Source of the DNA: Nostoc sp. PCC 7120 = FACHB-418
GTDB lineage: Bacteria > Cyanobacteriota > Cyanobacteriia > Cyanobacteriales > Nostocaceae
Length of the DNA stretch: 32,000 nucleotides
Reading direction: 5' to 3'
Assembly (NCBI RefSeq): GCF_000009705.1
Contig: NC_003272.1
Span: forward strand, 1,080,001 to 1,112,000
The notes beneath the pieces were generated by a model. It was not told where the DNA came from. It saw nothing but the letters and a program-made list of their open reading frames with translations, and did no database searches. Numbering within the stretch: the stretch's first letter is position 1; every line of letters begins with the position of its first letter. The translations under genes and the position numbers were made by a program. Below are positions 17,272 to 27,146 of this stretch, in pieces.

Positions 17272-18282
17272 CTACTCCTCATTCGCTTTTTGTATTGATT
17301 CAATCAGCGATCGCACTTGTGCTGTCCCTGCGGATGGTTCAAACGATAGGGGGAATTTACCTTTGGCGATCATCCGTAAACCCAAGGGAGCAAGGCTGAG
17401 TAATCCTCTGAGGTCTTTTAAATAGTTACCGACGACTTGCAAGCCAAATTGTCTTTCGTCAATCCAGCCGCCTTCTTTGACTAGCTCTACTAATACTTTG
17501 CGGTGGCGAATTGAGCGGCTATCGCTGGCTTGTTTTTGGGTGAGTATTTCCTGCTTGATTTTGGTAATTTGCTCTAATGGTGCTACTTCCATTGGGCAGA
17601 CTGAATCGCAGTAAAGACAACGGGTACAACCCCACACACCTTTCGTTCCTTCGTTGTAACTTTCTAAGCGCTGGGCTGTGTCAGTATCGCGGGAATCTGC
17701 AACCATGCGGTAGGCTTTAGCTAAGGCGTGGGGCCCAACGAAATCGGGGTTGACTTCACGGGCGTTGCATTCTGAGTAGCAAGCACCGCACATAATACAA
17801 TTACCAGTTTGATCGAGACGCGATCGCTCATCTGGTGTTTGTAAAAATTCCCGTTCTGGTACTTGTCGCGCTGCTGTACTTACGTAGGGCGCAACTGCTT
17901 CTAGATTATTCCAGAAACTATTCATATCTACGACTAAATCCTTAATGACTGGCATATTGCCTAAAGGAGCGATCGTAATTTCTGGAATGTTAGTTGCTTG
18001 ATTAGCTGAAGATGATATTTTTTGTAATCTAGCTAGTTCACTACCTACATTTTCCTTACAAGCTAGAGCCGAACGGCCATTAATTCGCATGGCACAGCTA
18101 CCACAAATAGTATTGCGGCAATTTTTACGAAATGCTAGTGTTCCGTCTTGCTCCCACTTAATACGATTAAGACAATCCAAGATAGTATTACCGGGGTCTG
18201 TCTCTATAAAGTAATTCTGCACAATAGGAGCAGAATTTTGTTGTTGACGAATGATTTTAAATATAACTTCCATTGCTACCAA
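17272..18282 (-). CDS. sdhB: Succinate dehydrogenase/fumarate reductase iron-sulfur subunit
   Basis: Cys motifs are CRNTICGSC-x11-C (2Fe-2S), CIMCGACYSEC and CTRCLYCDSVCP. The track start is TTG, and an ATG 3 codons in (18273, MEVIFKI) is more likely. Confidence 0.85.
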   Translation of the reverse strand: MVAMEVIFKIIRQQQNSAPIVQNYFIETDPGNTILDCLNRIKWEQDGTLAFRKNCRNTICGSCAMRINGRSALACKENVGSELARLQKISSSANQATNIPEITIAPLGNMPVIKDLVVDMNSFWNNLEAVAPYVSTAARQVPEREFLQTPDERSRLDQTGNCIMCGACYSECNAREVNPDFVGPHALAKAYRMVADSRDTDTAQRLESYNEGTKGVWGCTRCLYCDSVCPMEVAPLEQITKIKQEILTQKQASDSRSIRHRKVLVELVKEGGWIDERQFGLQVVGNYLKDLRGLLSLAPLGLRMIAKGKFPLSFEPSAGTAQVRSLIESIQKANEE

Positions 18283-18904
18283 CCAAAGTCTTAAAATTAT
18301 CTCACCAACCTCGAAAATCTTGGGTCGAGACTGGTGTTTGCAAAAATTGGGCTATACTCTTGTTACTCTTAATTGCCAGCCTAGTGTTAAGAGCTAGTCA
18401 GTCAACGAGTGACTGATTCTAGTTCCAGCATAACCATTAAAATTTTAATTGCAGCAACGCCATAGATGAGATTTGTGAGGTGGTCGCGGCTTAAATGCAA
18501 AAAAAGTTAATTATATACCCCTGATTGAATTTGCTGATTCTTTGAAATCACTAAGGCCGTTTCACTGCAAATGAGCTTCAGCTTCATCTGCTTTATCCAT
18601 AAAATATCCAAGGTTAAGGCTTTAATGATTCTTGATAATTCTTGATGTCAAGATATGCAAGAGAGTTAAATGAAAAAATTTTAACTTAAAATAGCCATAA
18701 TGAAGTGCCTACACGAGAATAGTTAAAGTTTCCTTGCCCGATTTAGCGATTTTTACTAAGCACTAGTAGCCTAACCCAGTGTTTTCAACTTAGTCATCCA
18801 TGAATTTAGTAGATAGCTAAGGATCAAAATCCTTCTTCCCTCGACCCTAACCTTTAACTTCTTTTCCACCGACAGGAAGCTGATTTGATTGGTGAAAAGA
18901 TTTA

Positions 18905-18999
18905 AGTATCTGTAGGGTGGACGATGTCTACCAAAACCGTGCTACTGTGGGCAATGCCCACACAGCGTAAATTTCAAAAATCAAGTGTAAATCCCATAG
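18905..18999. mobile_element. MITE-like dispersed element, copy A (same family as 29760-29869)
   Basis: It shares the termini AGTATCTGTAGGGTGG and ATTTCAAAAATCAAGT..TCCyATAG with copy B. The core contains the palindrome CTGTGGGCAATGCCCACACAG. Confidence 0.6.
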
Positions 19000-19374
19000 C
19001 TCCCTATTTTGATTAGCTGGTACAACAGAGCAGAAAAATTTTTGCTTACTCCCCACTGGTTACTACCGACTTTCATAATTCTCACTAAAAGTTCATTTTT
19101 TGTTTGTATATAAGCGTTAAAGCTGAAAATACACATCTAGTAGTGGCAAGAAAATGCTAGATAGATGTGAAGAGATTTATTCTTCCCATAGACAGACGTA
19201 CAGAAAACACAATAATTTTTGTCTGGTGAGAATAAACTAGGACTTTCATTCTCTTAGCTTTTAGTCTCATCTCAATCAAGTGAATCTCAGGATATAACTC
19301 ACTCGTCAAAACTACTCATCTAAATTTAGATTAATTTTTATAAAAGCTATAGTGCAATCATCACTCTAGCTTAT

Positions 19375-19410
19375 AAAGCAGAGAGAAAATCGTCTCTGCT
19401 TTCTATTTTC
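19375..19410 (+). terminator. Intrinsic-terminator-like hairpin inside the ORF-free region
   Basis: 10-bp stem AAAGCAGAGA / TCTCTGCTTT with an 8-nt loop, then CTATTTTC. The T-rich tail is present only in the plus orientation. Confidence 0.35.
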
Positions 19411-19508
19411 ATTAGCTTGGGCTTTTAGCTAAAAATTTATCTGTAAGTTAGATTTAAAAATAAACAACTATTTTGCTATTATTAGTCCATGCTAGTATTT
19501 AATATAAA

Positions 19509-19606
19509 ATTACGAAGTCACAAAACCAGAATCAACAGCTGTATAACTGCTGCTACTACTGCTTGGTTTCTTCGTAATGTAGAGACATGAAATTTCTCGT
19601 CTCTAC
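19509..19606. other. Two adjacent hairpins: a long imperfect one (ATTACGAAG...CTTCGTAAT) and GTAGAGAC-n12-GTCTCTAC
   Basis: The inverted repeats were read directly. The second resembles the GTAGAGACG hairpin repeat common in Nostoc genomes. Confidence 0.45.
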
Positions 19607-20087
19607 AAGCAGGACACAGCAAAAAAGGGTGTATGTCCAGACCATATTCAAATACCATGCTGTCTGAAGCTGAAGAGGAAACATAGGGAAAACCTTACAA
19701 CTCAAAAGCAATAAAGGCAAGCACTAAAAGTGGATAACCTGCAATTTCTTTGGTCTACGACTAGTTTGTAGTAGAACCTGCACAATTTGTTAAGGTGGAG
19801 CAAATTTACACCACTACAGTAGTGCCAAAAGAGAAAAAAATTGCATTTCCAATGGCGAATCATGGTTAAAAGTGCCGTAAAATCACTGAAATTAGTGCCT
19901 GTGAAACTCATGACCTCCTAATCTGTTGTGGTTAAACGCAATAGAGGCATTTGAGGCTAATATCAGCAGGAATTCACCCTTGATTTTTAAAGTCTCCAGT
20001 AACTTTATGCAGATGCTAAAAAGTCAAATACTGGCATGAGACAACATAATTCATCAGTTTGGAGAGAGTAAGGAAATTTTGAGCGTA

Positions 20088-20522
20088 ATGACTGAAACTG
20101 CAACCGCGCCTTTAACTGGAAAAGCACTGCTAGCTAAGGTAAAAGAACTTTCTACTCTACCACGACGAGAAAGAGCTAAACAGTGCGGTTACTATACCGT
20201 TACTAAGAATAACCAAGTCCGGGTTAATCTAACAGATTTCTATGATGCTTTGCTATCGGCTAGAGGTATTCCTCTTAGCCCAGAAGCACCAAAAGATGGT
20301 CGTGGTCGTGAACCGACATACCGAGTTAGCGTTCATCAAAATGGTCAAATTGTGATTGGTGCTACTTACACCAAAGCAATGGGACTAAAACCAGGTGATG
20401 AATTTGAAATTAGATTGGGATACAAGCATATTCACTTGATTCAACTCGGTGAAAGCGATAAAAAGCTCTCCCCAGATTTAGATATCGACGAATCTGATGA
20501 AGATTTGGAAGATGAAGAATAA
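20088..20522 (+). CDS. Cyanobacterial AbrB-family transcriptional regulator (cyAbrB; CalA/cyAbrB1-like)
   Basis: The N-terminus MTETATAPLTGKALLAKVKEL..RRERAKQCGYY, a C-terminal AbrB/SpoVT-like fold (GQIVIGATYTKAMGLKPGDEFEIRL) and an acidic tail. The track start TTG at 20079 is the alternative. Confidence 0.75.
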   Translation: MTETATAPLTGKALLAKVKELSTLPRRERAKQCGYYTVTKNNQVRVNLTDFYDALLSARGIPLSPEAPKDGRGREPTYRVSVHQNGQIVIGATYTKAMGLKPGDEFEIRLGYKHIHLIQLGESDKKLSPDLDIDESDEDLEDEE

Positions 20523-20708
20523 ATTCTCTGAGGAAGGGATAAGTTAAAGTGATTACTTTTAACGTGTCCCTACTACCATATCAATCTGGTATCAGAGATT
20601 AAATAATTTTATCTAACGCAAAAACTACGATTTATTCCTTGCAGAAGTGACTACTCTTAGTAGAGGCTTGATTTATAAGCCAAAAATTTATTCTGCAAAT
20701 AGTCTACC

Positions 20709-21599
20709 GTGATTTTTGTGTTTAATTTGACAATCACCCTTACGCCATCCATCAACAATCTGCTGGCATTTATGCAAGATGCCTCAGCAATCACTGTTGT
20801 GATGGCGTTTTTTATCGCTTGGTTGGTGTGCTGGTTACCAATTGCAGCAGTGTCATTGAAATTACTTAATTGGCAACCGATAAAACCGTTGCAACCAGAG
20901 CAAAAATTACCATTAATGATATCGCTCTATTTATTAGCGCCTCTGGTGCTTTGGGGAGCTACTTGGTTAACTAATAGTTCTTTTGCAAATTATGGGATTG
21001 TTGGTAATTTCGCCTTATTGAGTTCCTTAGCACTAGGCTTTAGCTTAGGAGTTTTAAGTATAGTTATTTTGTTTACCTGTCAATTGTGGTTGGGTTGGTG
21101 CTATTTTAAAGAATCAAATATCAAGCAAATAGCATCTATCTCATTACCTATTTTATTGATAGCGTTATTGGTGGGAGGAATAGAAGAATTAGTTTTTCGT
21201 GGTTTCCTGTTAACAGAATTAGAAAGAGACTATTCAGTATGGGCGGCAGGGATAATTTCTAGCCTGATTTTTGCCTTTTTACACTTAGTTTGGGAGCAAC
21301 GGGAAACTTTACCCCAACTACCGGGGTTATGGTTACTGGGAATGATGTTGGTGTTGGCAAGGATAAGCGATCGCGGTAACTTGGGTATAGCTTGGGGATT
21401 ACATTCGGCTTTAGTCTGGGCGATCGCTACTATAGATACAGCCCAATTAGTTACTTACACAGGTAAAGTCTCTGATTTTTGGACTGGGAAAAACAAAAAA
21501 CCCCTAGCTGGGGTAGCAGGGATTATCTGTGTTTTAGGAACTAGCCTGATACTTTGGTTTGCAACTGACAAAATATCTTTTCCTGGGTATCCTTTTTAA
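20709..21599 (+). CDS. CPBP family intramembrane glutamic endopeptidase (CAAX protease-like)
   Basis: Multi-TM protein with the EELVFRG and FAFLH motifs. GTG start, with an alternative ATG at 20772. Confidence 0.75.
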   Translation: MIFVFNLTITLTPSINNLLAFMQDASAITVVMAFFIAWLVCWLPIAAVSLKLLNWQPIKPLQPEQKLPLMISLYLLAPLVLWGATWLTNSSFANYGIVGNFALLSSLALGFSLGVLSIVILFTCQLWLGWCYFKESNIKQIASISLPILLIALLVGGIEELVFRGFLLTELERDYSVWAAGIISSLIFAFLHLVWEQRETLPQLPGLWLLGMMLVLARISDRGNLGIAWGLHSALVWAIATIDTAQLVTYTGKVSDFWTGKNKKPLAGVAGIICVLGTSLILWFATDKISFPGYPF

Positions 21600-21681
21600 C
21601 TAAAAAAAGAGGACACTCTGTATAACCCCGCGCCTCTTTGCGTTTAAAAAATTTATAGAATTTTGTGTAGTTTGTAAAAAT

Positions 21682-21716
21682 GCGATCGCGCCACAATATA
21701 GTACCAGCGCGATCGC
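21682..21716. other. Hairpin built from two inverted HIP1 copies (GCGATCGCGC-n15-GCGCGATCGC) between convergent genes
   Basis: 10-bp perfect inverted repeat read directly. Possible bidirectional terminator. Confidence 0.35.
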
Positions 21717-21731
21717 TTAATGATCCATGTT

Positions 21732-22688
21732 TTAACTAATGAGATGCAACTGATTGATAGCAGCGTTGACTAGATGATGAGTGAGGGGAAGACTATCAAC
21801 TACCATTCCCAGACACAACAGCATCATGTAGGAAATGGAGTAGAGGAACAATTCTCTAGCTGTAGGGCGATCCTCTGGATTATGCAGCAAGCGCCAGGAT
21901 TTGCGGATGAATACTGCTCCTAGAGATATAGCGATCGCTGCATAAACAATACCACTAGCGTGCAGAGGATAAACCAGCAATAGGGTAGCGGCGACTGTAA
22001 TCAGGGTGTAATACCAAATTTGCTTGACTGTTGCGGCATTGCCTTCAACTACGGGTAGCATGGGGATGCCAACTTTGGCATAGTCGTCACGAATCATCAA
22101 AGCCAGCGCCCAGAAGTGGGGGGGTGTCCACAAAAAGACGATAGCGAAGATTAACCATGCACTCCAGCTTAATGTGCCTGTAACAGCTGCCCAACCAACC
22201 AAGGCAGGAATTGCCCCAGCCGCGCCACCGATCACAATATTTTGGGTGCTATGACGTTTTAACCAATGGGTATAGATTAAAACGTAAAAAATAATACCAG
22301 ATAATGCTAATGAAGCGGCGAGGAGATTAGCGAATACTGTTAGTAGGGTAAAAGAAAGTACGGCGAGAGCGATCGCAAAAATCAGGGCATCACGCACTTG
22401 CACCTTACCCGATGGCATGGGACGATGGCGTGTCCGTTCCATTTCATAGTCAATATCCCGGTCATAAATGCAGTTAATTGTCTGGGCGCTAGCAGCTGCC
22501 AAAGTACCACCAGCCATAGTGACTAACAATAACACAGGGTCTACTTGTCCCTGTGCAGCAATCCACATACTCCCGGCTGTAGTAATTAACAACAAGGGAA
22601 TAATGCGGGGTTTAGTTAGTTGGTAATAGCTTTGAATTACCTGGATAAAAGTTTCGTGGTGGCGACGAGAGACATTAGTCTCAATCAT
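21732..22688 (-). CDS. ctaB: Protoheme IX farnesyltransferase (heme O synthase)
   Basis: UbiA-family motif [19 protein letters not shown], a multi-TM topology and a position adjacent to ctaA and coxBAC. Confidence 0.9.
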   Translation of the reverse strand: MIETNVSRRHHETFIQVIQSYYQLTKPRIIPLLLITTAGSMWIAAQGQVDPVLLLVTMAGGTLAAASAQTINCIYDRDIDYEMERTRHRPMPSGKVQVRDALIFAIALAVLSFTLLTVFANLLAASLALSGIIFYVLIYTHWLKRHSTQNIVIGGAAGAIPALVGWAAVTGTLSWSAWLIFAIVFLWTPPHFWALALMIRDDYAKVGIPMLPVVEGNAATVKQIWYYTLITVAATLLLVYPLHASGIVYAAIAISLGAVFIRKSWRLLHNPEDRPTARELFLYSISYMMLLCLGMVVDSLPLTHHLVNAAINQLHLIS

Positions 22689-22822
22689 TTTGAGTTTAAT
22701 TCCTTATTTTCAACAACTTAATTGCAGCCCCAGTTGATATGGTGTTGCGTGAGGAGATTGGGCTAGGGCTAATTCATCATTAGGCCATGAGGAGGATGAG
22801 TAAGAATTTCTTACTTTCTTAT

Positions 22823-22857
22823 CCCCAGTCCCCAGCCCCCAATCCCCAATCCCTCAT
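22823..22857. repeat. STRR1-type heptamer array (CCCCAGT/CCCCAAT, about 5 units) overlapping the ctaA stop
   Basis: Tandem units read directly. Confidence 0.8.
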
Positions 22858-23855
22858 CTCATTTGGGTATTTGTGGCAGTTGCTGTTAAACCAACCGTAG
22901 CCCAGTCGCGTAATGCTAGGACGGTAAAAGCTACTAAAGTACCGAGCAGAGTAGCTCCTATCGCTTGGTGAGAGACTGTTAGAGGTTCGACTTGGAGGTG
23001 TAGGCGGAAAGTGGCAAATCCTAAGAGGATTTGTAAAATTAACAATCCTCCTGCCATATTAGCTAATCGTCGCAAAGCAGGATGTAACGCTGGTGTCCGC
23101 CAGGAAATCAAAACCACGGCTAGGGTTGCTACTGTTGGCGGAACTAAACCAAAAATATGGCTGTACATCACATTGCAAAGTTGAGAACCACCAAAGCATT
23201 GGTGTAAAGCCCAACGAGAGCCGACTAAAGCGCCTAAGAGACTTTGTGCGTAAACTAAAATCGTGGCTATTAAGCCCAACCAAGGCAGCTTACCAACGTT
23301 GCCTGTACCCTGGTAGGGGATGAGGGCTATGCCGATGATTAGTAGGCTGGTGAAAAACAACAGCGCGGTTCCCATGTGGGCGGTGACGATATCAAACCGC
23401 AATAATTCGGTGACTGTTAGTCCTCCTAATATGCCCTGAAAGACAATTAACAAGAGGGCAAAAGTTGATGCCCAAGGTAGCCAGGAGGGTAAAGCACGGC
23501 GATGCCACCAGGATAAACCAAACAGAGCGATCGCGCTCATGCCAATCAAACTCGCATCTAATCGGTGAAACCACTCCAAGAACACTTGGAGATTCATTTG
23601 CTTGGCTGGGACTAATTCCCCATAGCAGAGAGGCCAGTCTGGGCAAGCTAGGCCAGCATTCATCACACGGGTAGCAGAGCCTATAGCCATCAAAATCAAG
23701 GTGGCTATAGACATTTTCCACACCAAGCGACGAATCATGTCCTTGGGCTTTTGTTGCTCTGTTGCCGTTTCATTTTGTTGTTCTAGGACAAATTCGTTCA
23801 TTAACGATACCTTCTGCCTGCCCTTGGTGAGCTGTTTAAATTTTTCTATTTTCAT
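22854..23855 (-). CDS. ctaA: Heme A synthase (COX15/CtaA family)
   Basis: GLACPDWPLCYG Cys pair, 8-TM pattern with conserved His residues (WFHRL, VTAHMG, HQA). The start is probably the later ATG at 23801 (MNEFVLEQ). Confidence 0.85.
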   Translation of the reverse strand: MKIEKFKQLTKGRQKVSLMNEFVLEQQNETATEQQKPKDMIRRLVWKMSIATLILMAIGSATRVMNAGLACPDWPLCYGELVPAKQMNLQVFLEWFHRLDASLIGMSAIALFGLSWWHRRALPSWLPWASTFALLLIVFQGILGGLTVTELLRFDIVTAHMGTALLFFTSLLIIGIALIPYQGTGNVGKLPWLGLIATILVYAQSLLGALVGSRWALHQCFGGSQLCNVMYSHIFGLVPPTVATLAVVLISWRTPALHPALRRLANMAGGLLILQILLGFATFRLHLQVEPLTVSHQAIGATLLGTLVAFTVLALRDWATVGLTATATNTQMR

Positions 23856-24203
23856 TACCGACCCATCTCCACCCTAGCGTATATAACCGGGTTTATTGAT
23901 GAGCTTTTACTTATTACTTTGAACTACTCCAGGGCTTACTAGCCCGAAGCTTTAGGTATTTTTTAAGTTCTGGGAAATTGATTAATGTTCATGAATTTTC
24001 AATTGCTAAATTTTCCTTAAATTTTTCTAATTTTTGGCATCTACTTTTAGTCGTATCTAATAAATCTCTTTTACTCAAGATTATTAATGTAGTCGAAAAA
24101 ATTAATAAAGATTTCAGACCATTAGGCTCAATATTTAATAGGCTAGATTACCTTAGTAAGTGTGCTGCCTCAAAATAACGTAATCAATTCAATTAAGTGA
24201 GCC

Positions 24204-25271
24204 GTGAAAATTCCAAGTTCAATCTGGACATTACTAATAGGCATCGGGCTAACCCTGGCAAGCCTTTGGTACGGTCAAAATCATGGACTAATGCCAGTTG
24301 CCGCCGCCGATGAAGCGGATTTAGTGGATGGTCTTTTCAATACAATGATGACCGTTTCCGCAGGTATATTTTTAATTGTTGAAGGTGTATTAGTTTACTG
24401 TGTAGTTAAATATCGTCGGCGTGCTGGTGATCATGAAGACGGCCCGCCAGTTGAAGGTAATGTACCATTAGAAATACTTTGGACAGCGATCCCCGCAATT
24501 ATAGTTATCGGTATTTCTGTCTATAGCTTTGAAGTTTATAATGACATCGGTGGTTTTGATCCCCACGCGGGTCATCAAGCGCCAATAACTCAGAGTTCCA
24601 TGACAATGCCTGGGGCGGCGATCGCCGCAACGCTCAATGATACTCCTAACCTCAATCAAGAAAAATCTGATGAGGCGATGCAAGACCCAGCTACAGCCGC
24701 AGTCCGCAACGCCGACCAAATTCCCCAAAAAAAGGATGCTCCAGGTTTAGGTATTGTGTCTCCAGGCATTGGCTCCAGTCCAGAGAAAGCTGGAAAACCA
24801 CCAGAATTAGTAGTTAATGTCACCGGTCTACAATACGCTTGGATATTCACCTATCCTGAGTCAGGTATCACCACTGGTGAGTTACACGTTCCCATTGGGC
24901 GCGAAGTGCAAATCAATATGACAGCCAACGATGTCATTCATGCCTTTTGGGTTCCCGAATTTCGCTTGAAACAAGATGCGATCCCCGGTAGACAAACCGA
25001 AATGCGCTTCACACCGAAAGTAGCTGGTGACTATACTCTCATCTGTGCTGAACTTTGCGGCCCCTACCACGGCGCAATGCGTACACAGGTAGTAGTTGAA
25101 CCGGAAGAAGCATTTAAAAAATGGACACAGGAACAGCTAGCGGCCAACAATGATACGCTCAATCAAGCCGTTGCTGTCAACCCTACAGACTTAACCCCAG
25201 ATGAATTTCTCGCTCCTTATACTAAGGAAATGGGAATTCAACCAGAGATGTTACATCACATTCACAAGTAG
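24204..25271 (+). CDS. coxB: Cytochrome c oxidase subunit II
   Basis: Two N-terminal TM helices and a cupredoxin domain with CuA ligands HAFWVPEF ... CAELCGPYHGAM. GTG start. Confidence 0.9.
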   Translation: MKIPSSIWTLLIGIGLTLASLWYGQNHGLMPVAAADEADLVDGLFNTMMTVSAGIFLIVEGVLVYCVVKYRRRAGDHEDGPPVEGNVPLEILWTAIPAIIVIGISVYSFEVYNDIGGFDPHAGHQAPITQSSMTMPGAAIAATLNDTPNLNQEKSDEAMQDPATAAVRNADQIPQKKDAPGLGIVSPGIGSSPEKAGKPPELVVNVTGLQYAWIFTYPESGITTGELHVPIGREVQINMTANDVIHAFWVPEFRLKQDAIPGRQTEMRFTPKVAGDYTLICAELCGPYHGAMRTQVVVEPEEAFKKWTQEQLAANNDTLNQAVAVNPTDLTPDEFLAPYTKEMGIQPEMLHHIHK

Positions 25272-25273
25272 TC

Positions 25274-25308
25274 AAAAGTCCACAGTCCACAGTCCACAGT
25301 CCATAGTT
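25274..25308. repeat. Heptamer array (CACAGTC, 3 perfect copies plus 2 degenerate)
   Basis: Read directly. It starts immediately after the coxB stop. Confidence 0.8.
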
Positions 25309-25361
25309 ATAACAAACGACTATTGACTACTAGTCCATACTCCAAAGCTATAGCTCATGAA

Positions 25362-25410
25362 CATTGACTATTGACCATTGACTATTGACCATTGACTATT
25401 GACTCTTAAC
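25362..25410. repeat. Heptamer array CATTGAC/TATTGAC alternating, 7 units, ending 1 nt before the coxA ATG
   Basis: Read directly. Confidence 0.85.
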
Positions 25411-25411
25411 C

Positions 25412-27139
25412 ATGACACAAGCTCAGTTGCAAGAAACTGCCAATATCCCGGCGCTGATTGAAGAACCAGGGGAAAGACATTGGCGAGATTACTTCAGTTT
25501 TAATACCGACCATAAGGTGATTGGTCTGCAATACTTAGTCACTTCCTTCATTTTTTACTGCATTGGCGGCGTGATGGCTGACTTGGTGCGGACAGAACTA
25601 CGCACCCCTGAAGTAGATTTTGTCAGTCCAGAAGTCTACAACAGTCTATTTACACTGCACGCCACAATCATGATTTTCTTGTGGATTGTGCCGGCAGGTG
25701 CAGGATTTGCTAACTATCTGATTCCCCTGATGATTGGGGCCAGAGATATGGCGTTCCCCAGATTGAATGCTGTGGCTTTTTGGATGATTCCCCCGGCTGG
25801 ATTGTTGCTCATTGCCAGTTTGGTCGTGGGTGATGCACCTGATGCCGGTTGGACTTCCTACCCTCCCTTGAGCTTAGTAACAGGACAAGTAGGAGAAGGT
25901 ATTTGGATTATCAGTGTCCTGCTGTTGGGTACGTCTTCGATTTTGGGGGCGATTAATTTCCTCGTCACCCTTCTGAAGATGCGTATCCCTAGTATGGGCT
26001 TCCATCAAATGCCTTTGTTCTGTTGGGCAATGTTTGCCACTTCAGCATTAGTTTTACTGTCAACGCCGGTGTTAGCAGCCGGGTTGATTCTGCTGGCTTT
26101 TGACCTCATCGCCGGTACCACATTTTTTAACCCTACAGGTGGTGGTGATCCGGTGGTATACCAGCATATGTTCTGGTTTTACTCCCACCCGGCGGTATAC
26201 ATCATGATTTTGCCCTTCTTTGGGGCAATTTCTGAGATTATCCCCGTACATTCGCGTAAACCAATTTTCGGTTATAAAGCGATCGCCTATTCATCCTTAG
26301 CCATCAGTTTTTTAGGGCTAATTGTCTGGGCGCACCATATGTTTACCAGTGGTATTCCCGGTTGGTTACGGATGTTCTTCATGATCACCACCATGATCAT
26401 TGCCGTACCTACAGGGATCAAAATTTTCAGCTGGTTGGCTACGATGTGGGGCGGCAAAATCCAGTTCAATAGTGCCATGTTGTTTGCCGCCGGCTTTGTC
26501 GGAACCTTCGTAATTGGTGGTATTAGTGGTGTCATGTTGGCAGCAGTGCCTTTTGATATTCACGTCCACGATACTTATTTTGTGGTGGCTCACCTCCACT
26601 ACGTTTTGTTTGGTGGTAGTGTGCTGGGCATTTTCGCCGCCATTTATCATTGGTTCCCGAAAATGACGGGACGAATGATCAACGAATTTTGGGGTAAGGT
26701 TCACTTTGCCTTAACTATTGTCGGTTTAAATATGACCTTCTTACCCATGCACAAGCTGGGTTTGATGGGAATGAACCGCCGGATTGCACAATATGACCCC
26801 AAATTCACCTTATTAAACGAAATCTGCACTTACGGTTCTTACATCCTCGCAGTTTCCACCTTCCCCTTCATCTTTAATGCGATTTGGAGTTGGTTATACG
26901 GCGAGAAAGCTGGTAACAATCCCTGGCGCGCTCTCACCTTAGAGTGGATGACAACATCTCCACCAGCCATTGAGAATTTTGACAAACTCCCAGTCCTAGC
27001 TACAGGGCCTTATGACTACGGTTTGGAAAAGGCTAACGAAGGTGTACCTTTATCCGACCCCAACCCAGTCTTATCGGCTGGCCCCAACTCAGTTCTCAGG
27101 GCTGAACCTGATGAGCCATATCCAACAATTGAGTCGTAG
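25412..27139 (+). CDS. coxA: Cytochrome c oxidase subunit I
   Basis: 575 aa with heme-copper oxidase signatures WFYSHPAVYIMILP, WAHHMF and HDTYFVVAHLHYVL. Confidence 0.95.
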   Translation: MTQAQLQETANIPALIEEPGERHWRDYFSFNTDHKVIGLQYLVTSFIFYCIGGVMADLVRTELRTPEVDFVSPEVYNSLFTLHATIMIFLWIVPAGAGFANYLIPLMIGARDMAFPRLNAVAFWMIPPAGLLLIASLVVGDAPDAGWTSYPPLSLVTGQVGEGIWIISVLLLGTSSILGAINFLVTLLKMRIPSMGFHQMPLFCWAMFATSALVLLSTPVLAAGLILLAFDLIAGTTFFNPTGGGDPVVYQHMFWFYSHPAVYIMILPFFGAISEIIPVHSRKPIFGYKAIAYSSLAISFLGLIVWAHHMFTSGIPGWLRMFFMITTMIIAVPTGIKIFSWLATMWGGKIQFNSAMLFAAGFVGTFVIGGISGVMLAAVPFDIHVHDTYFVVAHLHYVLFGGSVLGIFAAIYHWFPKMTGRMINEFWGKVHFALTIVGLNMTFLPMHKLGLMGMNRRIAQYDPKFTLLNEICTYGSYILAVSTFPFIFNAIWSWLYGEKAGNNPWRALTLEWMTTSPPAIENFDKLPVLATGPYDYGLEKANEGVPLSDPNPVLSAGPNSVLRAEPDEPYPTIES

Positions 27140-27146
27140 AGGATAG

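Noticed and set aside
7318-19736. DnaA-box-like 9-mers (for example TTATCCACC at about 7318 and GTGGATAAC at about 19728), considered as an origin signal
   Set aside because: They are isolated 8/9 matches scattered over 12 kb with no clustering and no adjacent dnaA or dnaN.
19702-19911. 69-aa minus-strand ORF upstream of the cyAbrB gene
   Set aside because: It lies in AT-rich non-coding DNA and is rich in Cys, Phe and Leu. It has no RBS or recognisable domain.
18283-20078. Housekeeping RNA (RNase P RNA, tmRNA, 6S, SRP RNA, group I intron) in the long ORF-free region
   Set aside because: I could not find the conserved signature strings I know, such as GAGGAAAGTCC for RNase P or a tRNA-like GGGG...CCACCA end for tmRNA. 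This check was by eye and does not exclude other RNAs.
23978-24178. 66-aa plus-strand ORF in the ctaA-coxB divergent spacer
   Set aside because: The region is AT-rich promoter DNA and the peptide is rich in Ile, Asn, Lys and Phe, as expected by chance. It ends 25 nt before the coxB GTG and has no motif.
25362-25410. The tandem repeat arrays here and in other spacers, considered as CRISPR arrays
   Set aside because: The units are 7-8 nt and directly abutting, with no spacers. There are no cas genes. These are STRR-type microsatellites.
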